Source: Gemmatimonas sp.
GTDB lineage: Bacteria > Gemmatimonadota > Gemmatimonadetes > Gemmatimonadales > Gemmatimonadaceae
NCBI GenBank assembly: GCA_031414535.1
Contig: JANNVQ010000055.1
Coordinates: forward strand, 15,592 to 79,591
Direction of reading: 5' to 3'
Length of the DNA stretch: 64,000 bases
Shown piece after piece: positions 37,329-45,187 of the stretch (within the stretch, counting starts at the first letter, position 1; every line of letters starts with the position of its first letter). Below the pieces are notes generated by a model, which worked only from the letters and a program-made list of their open reading frames with translations, was not told where the DNA came from and searched no databases. The position numbers and the translations under genes are program-made.

Positions 37329-39017
37329 TTACCTCGCGCGGAGTGTGATGGTTTGCGTGCTGAGTCCCGCGTGCGGCGAGCCCACGTTGAGTGTCACGGT
37401 GGAGTTCGGCGCAGCGACGAGTACCCATTCAAAGGCCTCGGTTCCCCCGCTACCGGGAATCGCATTCACGTACTGCATCCTGCGGCCGCTGCTGAGCTGC
37501 TGGCCGTTACCGAGCACCAGTTCCACGCGCGCGCGCTGCGGCAACCGTGAGCGCACGCCGATGGCGGCGTTGCTCGGGAGAAAGCCGTTGTTCTGAATCA
37601 CCGCGCGCAGGCGATACACACGCGGCCCGACTTCCGTCACGGTGACGGTAGGCGTCGCGATGCGCGGCAGCATCTTCGCGAGGTCGGTCACGAAGGCTGT
37701 GTGCTTCATAGCCAGCGAGTCGAGCTGCGCGCCCGCTGGATTGAGCAGCGCGAAGGGTGCGAAACCACCAACCTCTACCTGTTCACCGTCAATCATCATC
37801 CCCTGCACGGGCGTCCATTCCACGAAGCCCGCCGGATTGTTGGCCTTCATCCAGCGATAGTCGTTGCGCTCGGCGGCAATCGGATCCACTGCCGGTGCAC
37901 GGCGCGCCGCGGCGGTGTCGGCCGTAGCCTTGCCCGGCCACCACACGCGCGAGCCGAACGCGAAGCGTCCCATGTGGAAGTAGGCCCATGAGAGCGGGTC
38001 ACCAACGTCCGCTGCAGTCGCCGGACCTTCGCTCCACCCTGTGCTCGCCTTGAAGCGGCGCGACACTTCGTTGAACCAGCCGTTGTCTTCCGGCAACGAG
38101 GCCGTAAACGGTCCGCCGGCCGAGGTGCCCTGCGGCGAGCCACCGATGCCCGGCACGCGTCGACCTTCCCAAGCCTTGATCAAGTTGTCCTGCATGCCGA
38201 GCACATACACGGCGGCGATGTTGTCGTGCGTACTGACGAACTCCGCGAGCCCGCGCGACTCGTCGGCCGAGAAGGGGTGCAGGCCGCTGTTCTCACCGAA
38301 GAAGCGAAAGTTGTTGCTGAAGTTGCGCGAGATGTCGGTGCCGCCGGGCGGGTCCTCGTTGTATTCGCTGTCGTTGTCATCGTCGCGGCCTTCCGTGAGC
38401 AGGCGATACACGCCCCGCTCACCCTTGGTGGCGTCGGCGCGACGCATTAGCGCGGGGTCCACGGCATCGGCAATCCATTCACCGCCCGCGGCCTTCACAC
38501 GCATCATCGTGATGAGGCCATCGCCGTTGAGGTCGTTTGGTGCGTCCTCATCATCCATCATGTCGCGATCGTCATCGAAGGCGCCGTCGTTTCCCTTCCG
38601 CTCCCAGCGCAGGGGGCCAAAGAAGGTCTCGCTCGCATCGGGGTTCAGGCGCGGCACGATGTAAATCGTATTCTCCTGCAACAGCGCCGCGGAGCCGTTG
38701 GAGCGCACGATGTCGCGAATCATGCGCAGCGCGACTTCTGAACTGCTGAGTTGCGGCCCGTAGGCACCGGCGAGGACGAGCACGGCGGGGCGCTCTTCGG
38801 GGCCGCCGAGGCGCACTACGTGGATTGTCCGACGGCCGGGCGAGGTGGCGAGAACCTCCAGGCGAACCAAGCTGGCGCTGCTGCGCGCAATGGAGTCGAG
38901 AGCCGCGGTCAGGCGGGCGGCGTTGTGGTACCCGTCGGTGGGGCGCCCTTGGGCGCCGGACGGGAAGGCGAGAGCCGCGACAAGGGCGACTGCGCCGAGC
39001 GAGCGAATCTGAGGCAT
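37329..39017 (-). CDS. Secreted M14 carboxypeptidase-like protein with degenerate zinc ligands
   Basis: Collinear with its neighbour (YIVPRLNPD, DISRNF, DLNGDGLITMMR, VEVGG) but has AGAYGPQ in place of HxxE. Start at ATG 39017. Confidence 0.85.
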   Translation of the reverse strand: MPQIRSLGAVALVAALAFPSGAQGRPTDGYHNAARLTAALDSIARSSASLVRLEVLATSPGRRTIHVVRLGGPEERPAVLVLAGAYGPQLSSSEVALRMIRDIVRSNGSAALLQENTIYIVPRLNPDASETFFGPLRWERKGNDGAFDDDRDMMDDEDAPNDLNGDGLITMMRVKAAGGEWIADAVDPALMRRADATKGERGVYRLLTEGRDDDNDSEYNEDPPGGTDISRNFSNNFRFFGENSGLHPFSADESRGLAEFVSTHDNIAAVYVLGMQDNLIKAWEGRRVPGIGGSPQGTSAGGPFTASLPEDNGWFNEVSRRFKASTGWSEGPATAADVGDPLSWAYFHMGRFAFGSRVWWPGKATADTAAARRAPAVDPIAAERNDYRWMKANNPAGFVEWTPVQGMMIDGEQVEVGGFAPFALLNPAGAQLDSLAMKHTAFVTDLAKMLPRIATPTVTVTEVGPRVYRLRAVIQNNGFLPSNAAIGVRSRLPQRARVELVLGNGQQLSSGRRMQYVNAIPGSGGTEAFEWVLVAAPNSTVTLNVGSPHAGLSTQTITLRAR

Positions 39018-39148
39018 CGTCTCGAGGGAAAAGGGGACAGCCAAGTCTACGCTTCGGGGGGCTGTGGCGTTGGGTCACAAAGGGTCTTGGTGAAACCTTA
39101 GCATCGGCGCGGGGCGTAGGCGGGGGAGCCACCCCTCTCGAGTACCCA

Positions 39149-41569
39149 ATGGATTCTTGGCTCCGCGACTTCAAGCTCGGCCTGCGCACGCTCCGCAAGA
39201 GCCCCGCACTGACTATCGTCTCGACCATCGCCTTGATGTTCGGTATCGGGTTGACGACGATGATGTTCAGCATCGTGTACGGTGCGATTCTCCGCGGCCT
39301 GCCCTTCGAGGGCGGCGATCGCATCATGGCGGTGTATCGCGAGAATCCGCGCACGAACATTACGCGACAGGGTCCCTCCATCCAGGACTTCGCGGATTTG
39401 AAGGGTCAGGTGAAGTCCTTCACGTATTTCGGTGCCTTCACCAGCGGCACGATGAACGTGGCTGGCACGGACCGCGCCGAGCGTTACTCCGGAACTTGGA
39501 TTACCCGCGATGGGCTGGCGATGAGCGGTGTACAGCCGATCCACGGACGCAGCTTCCGCGAGGGTGAAGACGCGCCTGGCGGCGCTAAGGTCGCAATCCT
39601 TGGCTACGCAATGTGGCGTGATCGGTTTGGCAGCGATGCGACGGTGCTTGGCCGCAGTATCCGCGTGAATAGCGAGCCCTACGAAATCATTGGCGTGATG
39701 CCAGAAGGATTCCGATTCCCTGACGGCGGCGAGTTGTACCTGCCGCTGCAGACCGACCCGCTGCTTGGCGTGCGTGGCGAAGGACAGTTCGTGCAAGTCA
39801 TGGGTCAGTTGGCACCGAGCGTAGACGTGGATCAAGCCTCCGCCGAACTCGCGACGATCTACAGCCGCCTGGCGGTGGACTATCCGGAGAGCAATAAGGA
39901 CTTCACGGCGTACGCGATTCCGTTCGTGGATGCGTACATCGGTCCTGAGCCGACACAGCTGCTCTACACGATGCTTGGCGCGGTGTTCTTTGTGCTGCTC
40001 ATTGCCTGCTCCAACGTCGCGAACCTGCTGCTCGACCGCGCCGCGCATCGTTCCAAGGAAGTGGGCGTACGCGCCGCACTCGGCGCGACGCGCGGGCAGA
40101 TCGTTCGCATCTTTCTTTCGGAAGCCTTGGTGCTTTCCGCTGGCGGTGCCGTGCTCGGTGTGATCCTCGCCAAGGTTGGGATGGACGCGTTCACGCGCGC
40201 CATCGTGAATACGAATCCGCCGTTTTTTATCAAGATTGACCTGTATCCGCCGGTGCTTGCGTTCTCCATCGGCGTCTCGTTTCTGGCGGCGCTGCTCGCC
40301 GGCTTGATTCCGGCGTTCCAGGCATCGCGGCCTGACGTCGCGGAGATCTTGAAGGATGAATCGCGTGGTGCCTCGAGCATGCGCATCGGAAAGCTCAGTA
40401 AGGCACTCGTCGTCTTCGAGATTGCGCTCTCCTGCGGATTGCTCGTCGCCGCGGGCTTGATGGTGAAGAGTGTGCTCAAGGCCAACACGCGCGACACGGG
40501 CTTCGCCACGGAGTCCGTATTCACCGCGCGCGTTGGGTTCCCCACGACGTATACCGACACCGTGGCGCAGAAACTGTTCTGGGATCAGTTGCCCGAGCGC
40601 TTGCGCGCCATTCCCGGCGTGCAGTCCGTCACGCTTGCCTCGTCACTGCCGGGTGCGCAGCAGGGCTTCAATCGCGAGTTGATCCAAGTGGACGGCCGGG
40701 TGTACGAGCGGCAAGACGATATGCCTCGGGTGCGCACCGGCGCCGTCTCGCCGGACTTCTTGCAGACCCTCGAGATTCCGCTGAAGCAGGGTCGGACGCT
40801 CGACGCCACCGATCGCGAGGGTGCCTTGCCGGTCATCATCGTGAACGAACGATTTGCTCGCGAGATGTTCCCTGATGGCAACGCGCTCGGACAGCGCATC
40901 AAGCCCGGCGGTCTTGAGAGCACAGCGGAGTACCTGACCATCGTCGGTATCTTCGGGGATCTCTTCGCCGGTGACGCGCAGGATCCGCGTCCACCCATTT
41001 TGCTGCGTCCGCTGGCACAGTCGCAGCCGGCGTTTGCCTACATCACGCTTCGCGGGGCAGGCGATCCCCTGTCGTATGTACCGCAGGTGCGCGCGGCTGT
41101 GGCCTCGCTCAATCCTGACCTGCCGATTTATTGGCCGATGACGTTGGCGCAGGCCATCTCCGAACCGCTGTGGTTCGTGCGCGTGTTCGGTACGATGTTC
41201 GCCATCTTCGGTGTCGTCGCGCTGTTCCTGGCCAGCATCGGTCTTTACGCCGTGATGAGCTTCGCGGTGAGCCGCCGTACGCGTGAGATGGGCATTCGCA
41301 TGGCGCTCGGCGCCACGCCCGGGCGCGTCGTGAAGCTGATCTTCAACAACGGTGCTTGGCAGCTTGGCATCGGAATGCTGATCGGACTCGGACTCGCTGC
41401 GGGCATCGCGCAGTTGCTGACCGTAGTGCTCTTCGATGTGCAGCCCCGCGATCCGCTCGTGTTTGGCGGCGTGGCGGCAATCTTACTGCTCACGGGAGCG
41501 ACGGCCTGCTTGATTCCCGCGTGGCGGGCGACGCGGGTGGATCCGGCCGAGGCGATGCGCGCCGAATGA
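39149..41569 (+). CDS. Duplicated MacB/FtsX-type ABC permease (ADOP-like orphan permease)
   Basis: LRDFKLGLRTLRKSP, VLLIACSNVANLLL..R.KEVGVRAALGA, RTREMGIRMALGA, PAWRATRVDPAEAMRAE. Start at ATG 39149. Confidence 0.93.
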   Translation: MDSWLRDFKLGLRTLRKSPALTIVSTIALMFGIGLTTMMFSIVYGAILRGLPFEGGDRIMAVYRENPRTNITRQGPSIQDFADLKGQVKSFTYFGAFTSGTMNVAGTDRAERYSGTWITRDGLAMSGVQPIHGRSFREGEDAPGGAKVAILGYAMWRDRFGSDATVLGRSIRVNSEPYEIIGVMPEGFRFPDGGELYLPLQTDPLLGVRGEGQFVQVMGQLAPSVDVDQASAELATIYSRLAVDYPESNKDFTAYAIPFVDAYIGPEPTQLLYTMLGAVFFVLLIACSNVANLLLDRAAHRSKEVGVRAALGATRGQIVRIFLSEALVLSAGGAVLGVILAKVGMDAFTRAIVNTNPPFFIKIDLYPPVLAFSIGVSFLAALLAGLIPAFQASRPDVAEILKDESRGASSMRIGKLSKALVVFEIALSCGLLVAAGLMVKSVLKANTRDTGFATESVFTARVGFPTTYTDTVAQKLFWDQLPERLRAIPGVQSVTLASSLPGAQQGFNRELIQVDGRVYERQDDMPRVRTGAVSPDFLQTLEIPLKQGRTLDATDREGALPVIIVNERFAREMFPDGNALGQRIKPGGLESTAEYLTIVGIFGDLFAGDAQDPRPPILLRPLAQSQPAFAYITLRGAGDPLSYVPQVRAAVASLNPDLPIYWPMTLAQAISEPLWFVRVFGTMFAIFGVVALFLASIGLYAVMSFAVSRRTREMGIRMALGATPGRVVKLIFNNGAWQLGIGMLIGLGLAAGIAQLLTVVLFDVQPRDPLVFGGVAAILLLTGATACLIPAWRATRVDPAEAMRAE

Positions 41570-41579
41570 GTGGGCCCGC

Positions 41580-42173
41580 TTAACGCCCGAGCGTGAGTCG
41601 TGCGCTGCGTGGGGCCAGCGCCCGCGCAGCGAGGATTCCACCAAGGAATCCCCCGAGGTGGGCCTGCCAGCTGATTCCTGGTTGGCCCGGCAGTACGCCA
41701 GCAACCACGCCACCCCACATCACGGTGACAGCTACGCTGAGCGCAATCGCGCCGAGTGAACGCGCGTACCAACCGGCAAGCATGAGAAACCCGAGGTAGC
41801 CAAATACCACGCCGCTCGCGCCGATGTGTACGCTGCCCGGTGCGCCGAGTGTCCACGCACAAAGGCCCGCCCCCAGCATTGAGAGCAGAGTGACGGGGAG
41901 AAAGTGCTTGGAGTCGCGAAGCATTACGAGCCAGCCCAGTATCACGAGCGGCACAGTATTGGCGACCAGATGCTCGACACTCCCGTGCAGGAAGGGCGCG
42001 AAGAAAATCCCCCAAAGCCCCTGCTTGGTGCGAGGGTGGATGCCCCAAGCAACGACGGCGTTGTTGGACACGATCTGGGCCGTGAAGCCCGCCCAGATGG
42101 CGGCTACGGAGCCGCCAATGGTGCTTGCTTGGGCCTTCAATGTGCGCGCTGTGGCTCGAACGACGGTTTTCAC
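41580..42173 (-). CDS. Rhomboid family intramembrane serine protease
   Basis: APFLHGSVEHLVAN, HIGASG (catalytic Ser), ISWQAHLGG (catalytic His). Confidence 0.92.
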   Translation of the reverse strand: MKTVVRATARTLKAQASTIGGSVAAIWAGFTAQIVSNNAVVAWGIHPRTKQGLWGIFFAPFLHGSVEHLVANTVPLVILGWLVMLRDSKHFLPVTLLSMLGAGLCAWTLGAPGSVHIGASGVVFGYLGFLMLAGWYARSLGAIALSVAVTVMWGGVVAGVLPGQPGISWQAHLGGFLGGILAARALAPRSARLTLGR

Positions 42174-42197
42174 AGTGTAAGTAGTGTATCTTTAGAG
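42174..42197. promoter_or_regulatory. 24-bp AT-rich divergent spacer with overlapping -10-like hexamers
   Basis: TATCTT (+, 42187-42192) lies 5 nt before ATG 42198; TACACT (-, 42188-42183) lies 9 nt before GTG 42173; no Shine-Dalgarno on either side. Confidence 0.5.
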
Positions 42198-43910
42198 ATG
42201 CCTTCCCGCTCGACCTCCGACTCGTCGCCATTGGGGTTTAGCGCCCTTGGCCTCCCTGAAAAGACCCTCGCCGCTCTGACGGCCCTCGGATACGAGGAGC
42301 CGACGCCCATCCAGCGGGCGGCCATTCCACCTCTGCTCGCCGGCCGAGACGTCCTCGCGCAGGCTGCGACGGGTACAGGAAAGACTGCGGCCTTCGCGCT
42401 GCCGCTGCTGGCGAATCTCCGGCCTGATGCCACTGCGCGCGAGCGGACCTCCGCGTTGGTGTTGGTGCCCACGCGTGAGCTGGCGATGCAGGTGGCTGAA
42501 GCCATCTACCGATACGGTCATTCGTCAGGCGCGGTTGCACTGCCCATCTACGGCGGCACGCCGATGGACGGGCAGATTCGCTCGCTGAAGCGTGGTGTGG
42601 ACGTTGTCATTGCGACGCCTGGACGCGCGCTCGACCACATTCGTCGCAAGACGATCTTCTTGGCGCACTTGGCAACCGTCGTGCTCGATGAGGCCGATGA
42701 GATGCTGGACATGGGCTTCGCCGAAGATCTTGAGGCGATTCTCGCTGCCACGCCCGCGGAAAAGCAGGTGGCGCTGTTTTCGGCCACGCTCGCACCGCGT
42801 ATCGCCGCGATTGCGCGCACACATTTGCGCGATCCCGAAGTCATCGCGATTGCCACAGAGAAGGTGAAAGCTGGAGCCGTTGCCAAGGTGCGCCAAGTTG
42901 CCTACGTGGTGCCGCGCGCGCACAAGACGGCCGCCTTGGGGCGCATCCTCGACGTCGAGCAGCCCAAGAGCGCCATCATCTTCTGCCGCACGCGGACGGA
43001 AGTGGATGAAGTGGCTGAGACCTTGAAGGCGCAGGGATACGGCGCCGAGGCGCTACACGGCGGCCTCTCGCAGGATCAGCGTGACCGCGTGATGAAGCGC
43101 TTCCGCGCCAAGAGTGCGGAGTTGCTCGTGGCGACTGACGTGGCCGCTCGCGGACTCGATGTACAGCATGTGTCGCACGTGGTGAACTACGACGTGCCCT
43201 CGGCGACGGAAGCCTATGTGCACCGCATTGGCCGCACCGGTCGTGCCGGTCGTGAGGGTGTGGCCATCACGCTCTGCGAGCCCCGCGAACAGCGATGGCT
43301 GCGCAACTTTGAGCGCGCCACGGGGCGACCAATCGAAGTTGCGCCGCTCCCGACAGTCGCCGATTTGAAGCAGCGTCGTGTGCAGCAGGCCACCGATGAT
43401 CTGCGTGAGGTGTTGCTCGAGGGCGGCTTTGAGGCTTGGCGTGAGGTTGTGGCGCCGCTCGTCGCCGACTTCGATCCACTCGATATCGCGGCGGCGGCCG
43501 TGAAGCAGGCCGCGCGGGCGCAGGGTGAGACAGAGGACGTAGCCGAGATTCCGTCGGCGGCGGCCCCCCGTGAGCGTCATCCCGCGCGTGAGCGCGAAGC
43601 GGATCGTAAGGAGCGGAAGTCCGCTCGTCCGGCGGCCAAGGGTGTGCAACGTGGCGGCGGTGAGATGGTGAAGCTGTATGTGGGAGCGGGGCGCAAGTTG
43701 AAGGTGCGTCCCGGAGATCTCGTTGGTGCGATTGCTAACGAGGCAGGCTTGGCCGCGACGAGCATCGGAACGATTACGGTGTTCGACCGGCATTCGATCG
43801 TGCAGGTCCCGGCGGATGCCGCGGATACCGTGTTGGCCGCGATGGCCAAGGCGACGATTAAGGGGAAGCGGATTCTTGTGCGGCGCGATCGCGCCGATGG
43901 AGCGAATTGA
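42198..43910 (+). CDS. deaD: DEAD-box RNA helicase with C-terminal DbpA-type RNA-binding domain (DeaD/CsdA-like)
   Basis: Q motif PTPIQ, ATGTGKT, PTRELA, DEAD, SAT, ARGLD, HRIGRTGR, RPGDLVGAIANEAG. Start at ATG 42198. Gene symbol tentative. Confidence 0.92.
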   Translation: MPSRSTSDSSPLGFSALGLPEKTLAALTALGYEEPTPIQRAAIPPLLAGRDVLAQAATGTGKTAAFALPLLANLRPDATARERTSALVLVPTRELAMQVAEAIYRYGHSSGAVALPIYGGTPMDGQIRSLKRGVDVVIATPGRALDHIRRKTIFLAHLATVVLDEADEMLDMGFAEDLEAILAATPAEKQVALFSATLAPRIAAIARTHLRDPEVIAIATEKVKAGAVAKVRQVAYVVPRAHKTAALGRILDVEQPKSAIIFCRTRTEVDEVAETLKAQGYGAEALHGGLSQDQRDRVMKRFRAKSAELLVATDVAARGLDVQHVSHVVNYDVPSATEAYVHRIGRTGRAGREGVAITLCEPREQRWLRNFERATGRPIEVAPLPTVADLKQRRVQQATDDLREVLLEGGFEAWREVVAPLVADFDPLDIAAAAVKQAARAQGETEDVAEIPSAAAPRERHPAREREADRKERKSARPAAKGVQRGGGEMVKLYVGAGRKLKVRPGDLVGAIANEAGLAATSIGTITVFDRHSIVQVPADAADTVLAAMAKATIKGKRILVRRDRADGAN

Positions 43911-44212
43911 TGATCAAGGGTTTTGAGTTCAAGGACGGCGACAAGTCTTACGTGTGCACCATCGAAGAGCTTCGTGGCCCGGTGGAGGAGTCGTGGTGGT
44001 GGTTCTCCGTGAGCGGAGATCCGCAGCGCTACGCGCCGTTCCGTGCGGCCTCTGGTGACACGCGCACGAGCGTGCAGGAGCGCATTATCGCCTTCTACAC
44101 GAACCGACTCTTCCAACTCGCGCAGCCGCGTGAGCGCGGTGGGCATTTCGGCAGCCGTAAGCGCCCCGTGACCCCGGTGGCCGCTCCGGTTGCGGACGCA
44201 CCGCCAGCGTAA
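43910..44212 (+). CDS. Hypothetical protein (100 aa, WWWF motif)
   Basis: ATG overlaps the helicase TGA; GGAG upstream; typical codon usage. Confidence 0.75.
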   Translation: MIKGFEFKDGDKSYVCTIEELRGPVEESWWWFSVSGDPQRYAPFRAASGDTRTSVQERIIAFYTNRLFQLAQPRERGGHFGSRKRPVTPVAAPVADAPPA

Positions 44213-44214
44213 GC

Positions 44215-44532
44215 ATGGTTGCGAACCTCGAGGCGGCGTTCGCGGCAATCAGGGAGCACTGGGCTCCGGTGGTGATTGGCGAACTGAACGGCCAAGAGGT
44301 GAAAGCCGTGAAGTTCCGTGGTGAGTTCCACTGGCACCAACACACGCACGAAGATGAAATGTTCCTCGTACATCGCGGTGAGTTCAGGATGGAATTCCGC
44401 GACCGTACGCTCACGCTGCGTGAGGGTGAGTTTCTGATTGTGCCACGTGGGACGGAGCATCGACCCGTCGCGGAGCGAGAGGTCGAGGTGATTCTCTTCG
44501 AGCCCGCGACGACCATTCGCACGGGTGACTGA
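44215..44532 (+). CDS. Cupin domain protein
   Basis: GEFHWHQHTHEDEMFLV and IVPRGTEHRP cupin motifs. Confidence 0.9.
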   Translation: MVANLEAAFAAIREHWAPVVIGELNGQEVKAVKFRGEFHWHQHTHEDEMFLVHRGEFRMEFRDRTLTLREGEFLIVPRGTEHRPVAEREVEVILFEPATTIRTGD

Positions 44533-44568
44533 GTCGCGAAAGAATCGATGTCGAACTGCCACAAACGA

Positions 44569-44602
44569 CGAAGGCGCGGACTCGAATGAGTCCGCGCCTT
44601 CG
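44569..44602 (-). terminator. Rho-independent terminator (possibly bidirectional)
   Basis: Perfect 15-bp stem CGAAGGCGCGGACTC-GAAT-GAGTCCGCGCCTTCG between convergent genes; followed by TCGTTTGT on the minus strand. Confidence 0.8.
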
Positions 44603-44623
44603 GTGCGTCAGGAGCGACGCAGC

Positions 44624-44806
44624 TTACATCGCCTTCGTGGCGGTCGAATCCATCTTCGTCGAATCCATCTTCGTCGAATCAGTCATCATTGCTGCGGAAT
44701 CAGCCATCGGAGCAGCCGGAGCGGCCATCTCGGACGAGGTCTCCTCGGCCTTGGGGGCGCAAGCAGCGAACAGCACAACGGCAGCGAGAAGAGCAAGGCG
44801 CTTCAT
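44624..44806 (-). CDS. Small Met-rich lipoprotein (60 aa) with DSTKM repeats
   Basis: MKRLALLAAVVLFAA-C lipobox; GGAGA RBS; flanked by its own promoter and terminator. Confidence 0.85.
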   Translation of the reverse strand: MKRLALLAAVVLFAACAPKAEETSSEMAAPAAPMADSAAMMTDSTKMDSTKMDSTATKAM

Positions 44807-44879
44807 ACTTGGTAAATCTCCAGATCGGTGAGGTAGTGCGGGAAGCGCGACCATTTCGCGCCCTGCGCACTGAGGACGA

Positions 44880-44908
44880 AATGTAGGGTTGTCTGGCAAC
44901 ATCGTCAA
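44880..44908 (-). promoter_or_regulatory. Near-consensus sigma70 promoter for the small lipoprotein
   Basis: TTGACG (44908-44903), 17 bp, TACATT (44885-44880). Confidence 0.75.
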
Positions 44909-44912
44909 CTGG

Positions 44913-45003
44913 CTAAGTCTATGATTAACAGGAGGTTACGCTCATTCCCCGGGACCTAGTTCTCACCACTAGCGACGTAACTCTAATTCTGACAACGACT
45001 TAG
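44913..45003. promoter_or_regulatory. Two inverted 28-bp TAA-N19-TTA boxes
   Basis: CTAAGTCTATGATTAACAGGAGGTTACG 44913-44940 and CGTAACTCTAATTCTGACAACGACTTAG 44976-45003; centres 63 bp apart. Confidence 0.6.
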
Positions 45004-45076
45004 GGGCTTCTGTCCATTTGTGGGAGGTCTTCTCCCAGAATCCCGTCCGAATACGCGCGCAGCGGCATATTTCAGC

Positions 45077-45181
45077 ATGACCGAACGCAATCGTTTGATT
45101 GATGCGTTACGCCGCGTGCATAACGGTGTGCCCTGGCACGGACCGTCATGCGCTGCTGCTGCAGCATCCCCCCACTCTTAG
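45077..45181 (+). pseudogene. Truncated DinB-family gene remnant (34 codons)
   Basis: MTERNRLIDALRRVHNGVPWHGPSCAAAAASPHS*; the L.R...G.PWHGPS motif resembles the N-terminus of a DinB/DUF664-like family. Confidence 0.6.
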
Positions 45182-45187
45182 GTCGCT

